This document shows positions 1-10,443 of a DNA stretch of 64,000 nt, one piece after another. Below the pieces are notes generated by a model that saw nothing but the letters and a program-made list of their open reading frames with translations, searched no databases and was not told the DNA's origin. Within the stretch, counting starts at the first letter, position 1. Every line of letters begins with the position of its first letter. The stretch spans positions 12,214,001 to 12,278,000 of the forward strand of contig NC_092674.1 of NCBI RefSeq assembly GCF_964355755.1, given 5' to 3'. The position numbers and the translations under genes were made by a program. The DNA is from Antedon mediterranea. Lineage: Eukaryota; Animalia; Echinodermata.

Positions 1-434
1 TCAAAGCTTATTTGCCCCTTGTTTATAGGGGCAACTATAATTTCCTAAGATGAATTATACAGGTATATAGTTTTCTGTTGTCCTCATTAGTAAGCTACTG
101 TTTAAATTAATTTATACCTATTTTGGAGTTTCATTCATTTTTTGAGTGTACAAAACATTATTGCCTGCCAACTTTCGTCCTAAAAACTTTAGAGCAGATT
201 TCAAGGGACATCCTCAAAGCATTTCACTGTATTGGAAGATGAATTATTCTAAATTAACTTAAACTAAATGTTTTGAATTACAGTATATGACATTGTATTT
301 AATTCCACATCATAAAAACTATTAAACTTACTGTAAAAGCACAACATTTCCCTTGCTACAATGTTTCAATCTTTCAATTTCAGGAAGATTTACATTTGTG
401 TATCAATGTTCAATATTTGTTTTTTATTTTCCAG

Positions 435-570
435 TCAAATGTCACTATTAAGCCATCAACCATTATTGTCTTTAGTGTTGACCTGCTTGAAAGGTCAAGA
501 TGACCAAAGGGAAAGTTTATTGACCTCTTTGCAAACACAACTCACACAATTTTTCCAGTCACCAAAAGAT
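435..570 (+). CDS. MED12: MED12 coding exon ([45 protein letters not shown])
   Basis: ttttccag acceptor at 434 and gtaagt donor at 571; conserved [12 protein letters not shown] motif. Confidence 0.93.
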
Positions 571-1079
571 GTAAGTTTGTATTCTGAATATGTATTTCAT
601 ATTTTTAGATGAGTTTTTGTGAGGCACAAATGAATTCAAGATTAGTAGATGCACCTAATTTTGATTGATGATGAATGCAATTTGTATTAACAGATTCTGC
701 CAAAATAGAAAGACAATTAATGCAAAGAACTAGACAACACCAGGCTAGGGGTATAGCTAGTGTACGTTCACTGTTTACCAGAGGCCTAAAAACTAAGCCT
801 AGCTAGGCTAGCTAAGACTGCGAGAGGAAATGTGATGCGACCAAACTTTTTTTTTCTCTTTTTATCATAATTAACCATACACGTTTAAAATTTTAGACAA
901 GGAATGATTTGGTTTAATGATTTTAAAGTAATAGATATATATATATATATGTATCCATTATATTTTTTAAACATCAAAAGTTGTAGGGATTGTGTCTTTA
1001 ATACTAATAATATGAAGTTGACGCATTGCAAGTTTTTATTTAGAACATTTTAAGTTATGGTGTATATGTTTATTTGTAG

Positions 1080-1145
1080 GATCGATGGGAGGACCCAAAA
1101 AGTCGTCGACTGATGCATGAAGCTCTGCAACTTCGACTAAGCTTG
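1080..1145 (+). CDS. MED12: MED12 coding exon (DRWEDPKSRRLMHEALQLRLSL)
   Basis: tttgtag acceptor, gtgagt donor, 66 nt, phase 0-0. Confidence 0.92.
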
Positions 1146-1318
1146 GTGAGTTTTATCCATATCATCATGTCTTCTTCAAATCTCTTTTATTTATTTATTT
1201 ACACATTATTCATCATGATGGCTACTTTCTATTACTGTATAATTATTATGTATTTGTACTGTATTTGGTATATCATTTTAATTAATAATAGTTTTTCATT
1301 ATCTATATACATGCCAAC

Positions 1319-1441
1319 GAAAGTAGGACAATAAACACCCGGACAATACCCACCCATTATGGACTATACCATTGTTAGAGTTGGGGTGTACCAATGGTAC
1401 AGTCCATATAGGGGTTGTCCTGGTGGTTATTGTTCGATCTC
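1319..1441. mobile_element. 123-bp foldback MITE, MULE-like
   Basis: Imperfect hairpin (ggacaataaacacccggacaa...ttgtcctggtggttattgttc, inner atggactataccattg/caatggtacagtccat) flanked by the 9-bp direct repeat CATGCCAAC (1310-1318, 1442-1450). Confidence 0.75.
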
Positions 1442-1804
1442 CATGCCAACAACTCTACCAATGCGTTGTTGAACATAAAAGGATAGGGCAGCATTTCAGA
1501 GACCATAATGATAATCAGAGTCAAATTAATTCATGCATTTGATTGCTTTACAGTATTTACGAATTGTTGAACTGTATAACTAAAACAATCTCTGAATAAA
1601 CAATTTGACTGTACATTCTAAGATCTTTGTTTAGCATAGTACGTGATAATTGCCCTATTGTTAATTCAAAATTTGACCCTTTATTTGTGTTAATATTTGG
1701 TTGAATTGCTTGAATATTAAATTGAACTTGAGAATTACCCCATGATAGACTTAAAACTTTTTTTGTAGTGTTATTTTTCTTAATACTTAATTTTTGATTA
1801 CCAG

Positions 1805-1914
1805 GTTGGAAGTATGTTTGACACAATAATTCGAAGTAACCAGTGGATGACAGAATTTGCTCTGTTACTTCTACAATTAATAACTACAGGAACAGTTGAT
1901 CTACAGTCTAACAA
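1805..1914 (+). CDS. MED12: MED12 coding exon ([36 protein letters not shown])
   Basis: accag acceptor; weak gtttgt donor whose phase 2 matches the next exon. Confidence 0.9.
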
Positions 1915-2310
1915 GTTTGTCAACTGTTTTTATTATTTATATAAAAAAATATTGTGTATTATTACTTTTCTTTCATATGGCCTCATGACATTACACCTGC
2001 TGTGTTACATTACTAAATAAAGTTGTTAAAGTAAATATTATTACTACAAACAATTGTTTGTTTCGTTGTGAAATATAATGTGTTTTAACATTTTTTCCTG
2101 TGGATTTTGTGTAAATTAGCCTGCAGTGCTTGGAACTGTTAATATCATAGATATACTATAAGAACTAGACATCGCATTAGGTATACAGGGCAGGGACTAT
2201 TTAAAACGGTTGTCGTATATCTGTTCAAAAATATTATTTAGTTTAAAAAATTATATAAAAATAACAAACTAAAATATGTACATTAGTGCTGTAAAAGATG
2301 ACTTTTATTT

Positions 2311-2430
2311 GACTTCAAACTGACCTTGCTTTAGCTATACTGTTCAGTTTTGAACTGTGTTCTTGTTCTTGACTTCAAACTGACCTTGCTTTAGCTATAC
2401 TGTTCAGTTTTGAACTGTGTTCTTGTTCTT
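2311..2430. repeat. Exact 60-bp tandem duplication
   Basis: gacttcaaactgaccttgc...tcttgttctt occurs twice head-to-tail. Confidence 0.95.
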
Positions 2431-2518
2431 AAAATATGTGTATGATAGTTATATAAATATTTAAATAATTACAGATGGTCAATACAAACTAAAAAGTGTA
2501 GAGATTAGAGACATATAC

Positions 2519-2635
2519 ATCTAACTTCTTCCAATGTACTAATTGCTATGAATATTTATCAGTTAAAACTGTAATTACGTTGTTTTTTTCATATAATATT
2601 GTAAGTTATTCACTATTGCATTGGACATGCTATCA
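2519..2635 (+). pseudogene. Decayed duplicate of the MED12 acceptor and exon start at 2777-2892
   Basis: Aligns to 2777-2892, including aagttattcactattg.attggacatgctatca; the acceptor tatag is tattg in this copy. Confidence 0.85.
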
Positions 2636-2858
2636 TAGTGCTACTATTTTGGGATAAATGGTAAATTCAAGTGATAGAGATGGAGTGATATACCATCAAG
2701 AGTCAAATGAGACAAAAATCTCAATTTTGAAAAAATTGTAGTTAAGTCCTTTTCTCATAGTAGTGCAGCATTAGCATCTACCTTCTTCCAGTGTACTAAT
2801 TGCTTTGAATATTATCAGTTGAAACTGTAATTGTGATCTTTTTTTTCTTATATTATAG

Positions 2859-2991
2859 TAAGTTATTCACTATTGTATTGGACATGCTATCAGTGTTAAT
2901 TAACAGTACACTGACTAGTGATGTAACTGCCAGTCCTGGTGCAGGTGAAGAAAATCGTCGACAACATCTTACTCTCATTAAGAAACTCAGG
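2859..2991 (+). CDS. MED12: MED12 coding exon (KLFTIVLDMLSVLINSTLTSDVTASPGAGEENRRQHLTLIKKLR)
   Basis: tattatag acceptor, gtatgt donor; LFTxVLDMLSVLIN motif. Confidence 0.92.
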
Positions 2992-3289
2992 GTATGTTTA
3001 TCATGTAGCCATTTCAGTCACTGACATAAAAAAATCATTTATAAAAATCAATACATTTATTATATATTTTGTTTTTTATTTTTATATTTATTTGTTAACT
3101 GTTTGTTCTTAGGAATTAGGTACTACTACTATGATTATTTAACAAAAAAATAATAAATAAATAAAGTTGTAAATGATTATTCATTCAATATTTCACAAAC
3201 AATCTTTTATTTTCTAAATTATGATTTCTTTTACCTTTTTTCGAATTTGTACAGTAATTTATTTTTATGTTTATTTTTGTAAATTGTAG

Positions 3290-3448
3290 AGAGAACTTGG
3301 AGACAAAAATTCAGAGGGTATTGAAAAGGTGCGACAACTTCTACCAGTTCCTAAAAAGTCAATTGAAGTTATTACATGTGAACCAACAGGGTGTTTGATG
3401 GATACGAGGGGAAACAAAATCACAGGGTTCGAAATCAATAAGAAACAG
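3290..3448 (+). CDS. MED12: MED12 coding exon ([53 protein letters not shown])
   Basis: ttgtag acceptor, gtaaga donor, 159 nt in frame. Not present in the ORF track. Confidence 0.92.
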
Positions 3449-4217
3449 GTAAGATATCACAACATTACATCATAGTTACCAACCGCCTTGCATTGTGTGA
3501 GACGGTACCACATGTTTAAATGGATGGTTAATGAAACACATGCAAGATCAACAATTTTCAATGAATTTAGCTATGCCTGCCTACTTTTATCACTATTGGG
3601 ATATGCATTTGTGACGTTGTACATGCAAAAAAGTGACCGTGTCAGAACAATTATAAATTTACATATCTAATTATGTTTATTGTGCCCGCTCAATGCAAAT
3701 ATTTATTTGTAATGTACATTTTATCCCCGACAAACATGGAACAGGTTCTTTAACTTGTTGAAGTATTTTAAGGCATGATAAACCAAGGTTTTGGTCAATG
3801 ATGAGATATATATCTTCTCGGAGACCCTGCTTTGTGAAATAATATACTGAAAAATGAGGGCGTATAAATTTGATTGGTGCACATGCGTACAATTGAGGAT
3901 GAGTGCTGTTCCGCCATACCACGCTGAGAGTGTTAAAGAGTCACTATCCAATCAAATTTGAACAATACCATGAAAGCCCAGTGGTCTAATCTGGGTTCGA
4001 TATCTTGCTTGGGGCAACTTTTTCTCATTTTCACAGATTTCCTCATCTTTAATTAATTTTCAGTATATCTGATATTTATAATTATATATATTATCTTACT
4101 GTATTTAGTATTTATTCTGTGCCTATTTATATATATACAATACAATTAATATTAATTATACAAAAAAATAATAACAGCAACAGCAAATCTGTAATTGTTC
4201 ATTATTGCTATTTTCAG

Positions 4218-4589
4218 GGCTTGCAGGTTTCAACAAAACAAAAGGTAAATCCATGGGACATGCTAGAAGCTAACAAAAATCCAGCCCCACTCTCCTGGAC
4301 GTGGTTTGGTGCAGTCCGACTGGAAAGAAAACCACTAAAGTACATGGAGCAGTACCGTCTAAATCTGTACCATAACCATGACCATACGAAATCAGATGCA
4401 TATTACTTACAACCACCAGAGTTACCAGCTGATGAGGAACCACCCCCAGCACCAGCACAGGAAGTGGAGAAACCTATTCCTGAAACTGAGGTTACACAAA
4501 GAGAAACCAAGACCAGCACAGACTCAAATAAAAAGAAACGGCAGACAACAAAACGAAAGAAGATGACACCAAACACGCACAACAGAGAT
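4218..4589 (+). CDS. MED12: MED12 coding exon (GLQVSTKQKVNPWDMLEANKNPAPLSWTWFGAVRLERK...NRD)
   Basis: ttttcag acceptor, gtaagt donor, 372 nt; lies within track ORF 4119..4757. Confidence 0.94.
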
Positions 4590-4999
4590 GTAAGTATATT
4601 TGCATCAATAATAAATTCTCTGCTCTTAGTGATATTTTATCAGTGGTTCATTACTCAACAATTGCGCTTGTTTAAACAAAATATTTTGATTGTGTTTGAA
4701 AGCCTTTATATTTTGTTAGGCCTATACACTAATAAAAGTTTATTAGTTGAAGGGTGATAATATTTCATGAGTTGAAAGACTGACTGTTCTATTTAAAAAA
4801 GAAGTCAGTCAGGTTCAAGTGTTTACAAAACGCGGAATGTTCAATGGGACCATAGAACCATAAAACCAGGGAGTTGTCCCTGATAAAACCATTCACAAAA
4901 ACATACTGATGTATTTTTAACTCGACTTTGCCTCATAAAATATTCTTACCATCCAACTCAATTTTTTTTTAATGCACATTCTAGAAAGGGTAAAGTTTA

Positions 5000-5093
5000 C
5001 ATTACAGACCCAAAACATTGTTCATTACAGAACCAAAACATTGTTCATTACAGAACCAAAACATTGTTCATTACAGAACCAAAACATCGTTCT
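5000..5093. repeat. 23-bp minisatellite x4
   Basis: Unit cattacagaaccaaaacattgtt. Confidence 0.95.
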
Positions 5094-5479
5094 TTATCAC
5101 TCTACCAATGCAAAAAGAGAGCATTAGACAATTTAAATCATATCTGAATATTAAAACAATGTGACTCTGTAAAAGCTAAGTTCTTAGCATAGTAGGTGTT
5201 AATTGGCCTATTGTCAAGCAAGCTCTTTGTTTAGCATATGATAATTGGCCTATTGTTAATTTCATTTGATTTTTTTTATATTATTATCTGGTTAAATTGC
5301 TGGACTCCTCAATCCTCATCATGATGGAAGTTTTTAGAATTATTTTTTTTTTATTTATAACAAACGTAAATTTCATGTCTAAACTTTGCCTCATATAATA
5401 TAATTGAAAATTGATTTTAACCCTGGGATGTTATAAAGTCATGTTATGTTATTTAACTTGTACTATGTTTTGTACCTAG

Positions 5480-5591
5480 TTTCCTGTGAATCAGCATATG
5501 CCATATCAAGAAAGGCCAGCCTTCATGCCGTCCTCGTACTTTACCCAGCAAAATCCATCATTCTTTCCACAACAGCAGCCATTACCTCCTG
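5480..5591 (+). CDS. MED12: MED12 coding exon (FPVNQHMPYQERPAFMPSSYFTQQNPSFFPQQQPLPP)
   Basis: cctag acceptor, gtgagt donor, phase 0-1, P/Q-rich. Confidence 0.85.
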
Positions 5592-5996
5592 GTGAGTAAC
5601 CAACTTTTGTAGGCAGATTTATCATTCTCTAATGATAGCCAATAAGCCAATTGTTATGTAAAACCTCTATTAAGGGGTGCCTTTAGGACTAAAAAAAGGG
5701 TATCCCCTGAATAGAGGTAGGCCACAGTGTTAAAACATATATTGCCTGTCGTTCAGTTGACAAAATAATTGTCCCCTCAATTGGGATGTTCCAAAATGTA
5801 CTTTTTTTCTTATGCAACAAAACAAGATGCCAGGCACAGATCTGCCACTATCTAGGTTTAATCGAACAAGCATGACTAAATAAAACAAACAACAAGATAA
5901 CAAAATAAGAATTAATAATTATTTCTTAAGATACGGAGGTGTTATTAGAAATACCTGCATTGTATTTTGTATAATCAAATATTGAACTTCTCCTAG

Positions 5997-6112
5997 GAGG
6001 CCCTGGTCGTGTAGACCGTACAGGCGGCATTGGGCAAGCTAATTCAAAAGCTGCATTGAATAACATGCTGAGAAATAGACAATCTAATAATCAATCCAGT
6101 CAACAAGTACAG
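5997..6112 (+). CDS. MED12: MED12 coding exon (GGPGRVDRTGGIGQANSKAALNNMLRNRQSNNQSSQQVQ)
   Basis: ttctcctag acceptor, gtaatt donor, phase 1-0 matches both neighbours; SKAALxNMLR motif. Confidence 0.85.
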
Positions 6113-7073
6113 GTAATTAGATCAGGGAAGAGTAAACCTACTTTATGTGACAACAAAATGTGATGTGGCCATATATGGACATGATGATATCATTACCAGA
6201 TTTTAAGCACATTACATTTTTGACAAACTAGTTTGATAATGTAGAGCTTTATACGGTTCAACATGTTAAGGGTTTGAGATAATAGGAACAGGATTTAAAT
6301 ACGATATTTTGAAAGAATGGTACATGTCCACATAAAAAAAACAAATTTTCATACAGTTTTAATTGATTCTGGTCTCAATCTTAAAATTGCGTTTTTAAAA
6401 CAGTTTCTGTAAAGCAATTTTACAGCTAACTTTTGGGATTTTTTCAATAGAAACAAAGTTTCCCATTAAACGGAGGATTAACCTAATTATGATGTTTCAA
6501 CAATTTGCAGAATCAATTGACTAATTAAATTCAAAATAAACAATTGATGAACCAATTAAAAATAATTAGAAATCAAATAAACAATTGTCAAAATAATTCT
6601 GACAATTTTTTATTTCATTTTTTTTTTTTTTATTTGTTCATTGGTTGTGTATTATTAATTTTGATTGGTCAATTCCAATTTAGCTCACTCAACACTCTTG
6701 GTACATATAATGTTACATTGTAAATTATACCAGGGAAGTGTCCTGATTATACCTATTCCAAAGATTAACAAATAAAGTTAGAAATATTTAATTATGTCGG
6801 TTTGCCGCATTTTTTATCATATAAAAGCAAAAGGGGTTAACTCTGACATGGTCACTGAATGGAAATTTCTTTTCAGATCTATTTATATATAGAAGATATT
6901 GTGCCGCAATGAAACCACTATAAAATTGAGTTACAGAGTGCATGAAGCGAAGGGTCTGATGAAAAGAACATGTACAACTCTGATGTTGTTACTGAATGTT
7001 TATAGAATACCTGTTTATATATAATGATATGGTAACATTAAACAATAAATATTGTTTGAATTTCGACTTACAG

Positions 7074-7223
7074 ATGCAACTTTATCAAAGACGTCGGCAG
7101 CAGCAGCATATGCAGGTGCGACATCAACTGCAGCAACATACTATTCAATCACGCAACCCAGACGCCATGTTTCCTTACAAAACACAAGATGCTAACATGC
7201 ACCATGTCAACCACACACAACCA
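7074..7223 (+). CDS. MED12: MED12 coding exon (MQLYQRRRQQQHMQVRHQLQQ...HTQP)
   Basis: ttacag acceptor, gtaagt donor, 150 nt, Q-rich. Confidence 0.85.
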
Positions 7224-7422
7224 GTAAGTAACTCTTTACATCCACTCAACAAGTATTTGTTTTATTTGTTATAAACTTAGGTATATCATATTCTTTAAAG
7301 TTTGCACTACAGATAAACACTATTAAAGTAATGTTACTTATAAACCATGTGTTTTGAAAAGGAACTAATGTAAAGTTGAAAATGTTTCATTTTTATAATC
7401 ACACCTTCAATTTTCCCCTTAA

Positions 7423-8350
7423 AGGAAAGGAACACCCTGGGCTAAATGTGCCACTGTGCTTATAGATAAATGTAATAAAAACATGATTACAATGGTTCAA
7501 GGTACAATAGTAAGCAATTTAGTTAAAAAATAGACTTTTAAACGACAACATATCGGAAATTGAACAGCGCCATTTTGACAGGTTAAGAGCAAATATGTGA
7601 CGTCAGATTAGGTGGACGCATTCAAGCAAATCCAAGCGTCCATCGTCTTAGTACAGTATTTCAATATGGAAGTGCGGGATATAACCATAAATAAAATCAA
7701 TTAAATAGCCTAACATACCTAATAATTCGGAATATGCCTTGGAGTTTTTATAATTCAGAAAATTTGGAACCAGAATATACAGAAAGAGAGTTAGTTTTGC
7801 GTTGTGCAGATGAGGAAAAAAGAAGAGAAGAAGAACATTCTCGAGCATAACAAGCCGTCGAAGAATGGTGTACTTGCGGCCAGTGTATCTGTACTGTATG
7901 CCTTACTAGGCCTAGAACTCGTGTTGAACGAAAATAAAGTAGACACTGCATCGTCAACCAACAGCCATCGTTTGGAAGGTTTACCAGTTAATTCCCTACC
8001 AAATCCCGTTTGAAACAGCTAGGCAATAAAAGTAACAATAGATTAATAATAGCTGAAAGATTTACGAATTGGCTTGCAGAAGAAAAGATCGAGCGAAGGT
8101 TTGTTTACCAAGCCAGCGCATGCTCATACCGCGTCATCGCCGTCCTGCATAATTTTCGTCGGCCGTATCTGACGTCACAAACAGGCTGCCATGAGCACAA
8201 GATGGCGATTTTCAAATGTCTTGAAAACAGCTTTAAAATCCTGTTTACTAGAAAACTACAAATCCGATTTAAACATAAATTGTTCTGAATATTAAGTTGG
8301 TAGGGTTACTTTTATAATAGTTAGGTAAAATATTAGGTTGTTCCTTTCCT
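7423..8350 (+). mobile_element. Non-autonomous Kolobok DNA transposon carrying a decayed KolX-like ORF
   Basis: TTAA on both sides; TIR AGGAAAGGAACACCCT...AGGTTGTTCCTTTCCT; inverted subterminal gtgacgtcaga. Translation from 7734 gives EPEYTEREL...WCTCGQC, then HCIVNQQPSF and AERFTNW, resembling KolX. Confidence 0.8.
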
Positions 8351-8664
8351 TTAATAGAAGTGTCTGCTGAATAGGGTTCGGCTGTATTTTTAAATGCATA
8401 TCGACCTTTGTTTGTTTCATGGGAAAGTGTCCCAGTGTTAACAACTAAAATTTCTAAACATTTCCAACACTTCATTTCCTTTTTGGAACAAGAAATGTAA
8501 TGAAAACATAAATAAAATAATAAACAAATAAAACATAATAACATAACAAACCAGATAGAGAGATAATTAATATCACCACTGATGAATGTTCATAGAAAGT
8601 GGTGGCGCTAGACAGCATCGAGACACGATGAGTAAGGATAATCCATCAACACATTACTCGCATT

Positions 8665-8727
8665 GAGTTGTGGTTTGGTTGTTAAATGATGCTTGGCTTC
8701 CAATCCAAGGGTCCTGGGTTCAAGTCA
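8665..8727 (+). repeat. Degenerate tRNA-derived (SINE head-like) sequence
   Basis: A-box-like TGGTTTGGTTG, stem CTTGG/CCAAG around CTTCCAAT, B-box GGTTCAAGTC; no intact acceptor stem. Confidence 0.45.
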
Positions 8728-9147
8728 TGTTTCTAATGACAACACTCCCAAAGACTTGTAATAAGACTCTGTTTATGTAGAGCATCTTGTGTATATGAAT
8801 AAATTTGCCTAAATATATGTATAAAAAAAAGTGAACAAGGCTAGTAGCCAAAACTCTGGGTTAAAATCCTTTTTGCTCATGACAGAACAACTTCACTCTC
8901 AAAGTGTTTTGTGTAGATCATCTTCTTGTGTGTATATGTTTGTCTATGTTATTGTTTAAGGCTGAGGCTGTTTTATTAGCCACTAGTTTTAATGTGACTA
9001 TCTGGCCTCTCCGGGAGACAAATTGTCTCCAAACTGTCATAAAAAAAAGTTTATTTTTATGTTTTGCCCAAAAGAAAAAAATACAAACATACTATATTTG
9101 AATTTTTTTGAGAACATCCCTAAAAAGAATCTAATATTCTTCTTTAG

Positions 9148-9335
9148 ATGAATAACTACAATTATAACAATCAGATGATGCAGCCACACCAACAAATGGG
9201 AGACTCTAGCCAGACTAATTTTACTCCAAGCTATGGTATGTCAGGACAGACTGGTATGATGCAAACAATGAGGTCACAACCACAGCAACAAGCTGCCTAT
9301 ATGAATCCACAAAGGACCATGCAACAATCTAACAG
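9148..9335 (+). CDS. MED12: MED12 coding exon (MNNYNYNNQMMQPHQQMG...MQQSN)
   Basis: tctttag acceptor, gtattt donor, phase 0-2. Confidence 0.85.
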
Positions 9336-9633
9336 GTATTTAACAACTGTATTTTGTAGAGATGTTATATACACTAACTTGATTGTTTAATTATCTTGTA
9401 TTATAATTAGGCAATGTAAGTAAGCAATTAGTTGATGCTACTAGATAATTAGGCAATTTGTATATCAAAATGACCAGAATTGTATTGGGAAGGTTTTAAA
9501 CAAAATTTTTAATATTCCCGGGGATGGAGAATTAAAATGAGAAGGATTGTACTGGGAAGGTATTAAACGGGATGGGAGAGAGACCCACTCTGGGCAGATA
9601 TGTCTTTAGTATATATATATGTATATGTATATA

Positions 9634-10187
9634 TTCAGGTTGAAATTATCAGACCGTTAGGATAGAGTGCTCAATACCAAGGTAGAGCAAAAATAAATAA
9701 AATAACAGCAGAAAACTTGGTTACTTCATTGTTTTAATCACTACAAATTTGTTTCGTACGACCAGCATGTAGCTGGCCGCACTCTTCAGGTGAAATATAA
9801 AACATAAGTGACACAGTTGTCTCATAGTGCTTAATAGAAGTGAGTCATCAGGAAGTCGTATACAATAGCCTATTGTTTTAGATAAACTATTTGGATCTGC
9901 AATTTAGTAAGAATTTTTTCCTATGTCTACAAGTAGAGACCAACTCCCTGTAGAGACTAACTCGTTCTTACGGTTCAGTGAGCATAGCTCTGGTTGACAT
10001 ATAAAACGAAAAACTAAGAAACGCAACGGAACTCAGTAAATATATATGGACACTTAAAGACTCTAAAACAAATTACTCAATTAAATGGAAAATTATAAAG
10101 AAATGCAATCCTTACTCAAATATTAACAAAAGATGTAATTTATGTATATATGAAAAGTATATTATTATCTGCTGTTATTTTATTTAT
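9634..10187. mobile_element. Rearranged Penelope-like retroelement 3' relic (GIY-YIG C-terminus plus 3' region)
   Basis: + strand 10005-10172 reads [56 protein letters not shown]. The - strand from about 9999 reads CQPELCSLNRKNELVST(frameshift)CRHRKKFLL, followed by a hammerhead motif. (TA)n runs flank both sides. Confidence 0.85.
9738..9793 (-). ncRNA. Type I hammerhead ribozyme (Penelope-associated, minimal stem III)
   Basis: Minus strand: UCAC-CUGAAGA-GUGCGGCCAGC(UACAU)GCUGGUCGUAC-GAA-ACAAAUUUGU-A|GUGA. All core nucleotides present, 11-bp stem II, palindromic stem III, GUA cleavage triplet. Confidence 0.85.
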
Positions 10188-10222
10188 ATATGTATATATA
10201 TATATATATACTAATACTGATT

Positions 10223-10259
10223 GCACTGATGAAGGGCTAGTGTTGCCCGAAAGCTCTGC
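10223..10259 (+). ncRNA. Minimal type I hammerhead ribozyme in the last MED12 intron (sense)
   Basis: GCA-CUGAUGA-A-GGGC(UAGUGUU)GCCC-GAA-AGCU-C|UGC; palindromic AGCU stem III is typical of Penelope minimal hammerheads. Confidence 0.75.
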
Positions 10260-10443
10260 TAACTTTTCTGGCTGTTTTACTTCTCGTTTTGATTTAGCTT
10301 TTCGCTTTTATTTTGTATCTCCATTGAGATCCAGCCACTGATACCCACAGCATTGTCATTATTTTCAGTAATTTGCCTTTGGATTTATATATGTATATAT
10401 GTTATGGCTATGTTTGTATTGTTTAATGAATGTACATTTACAG

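Noticed and set aside
5000-5093. Short repeat array as a possible CRISPR
   Set aside because: Head-to-tail 23-bp units with no spacers, eukaryotic context and no cas genes.
8665-8727. Functional tRNA-Gly gene
   Set aside because: 8-nt anticodon loop, no acceptor stem and a degenerate D arm; treated as a SINE-like relic.
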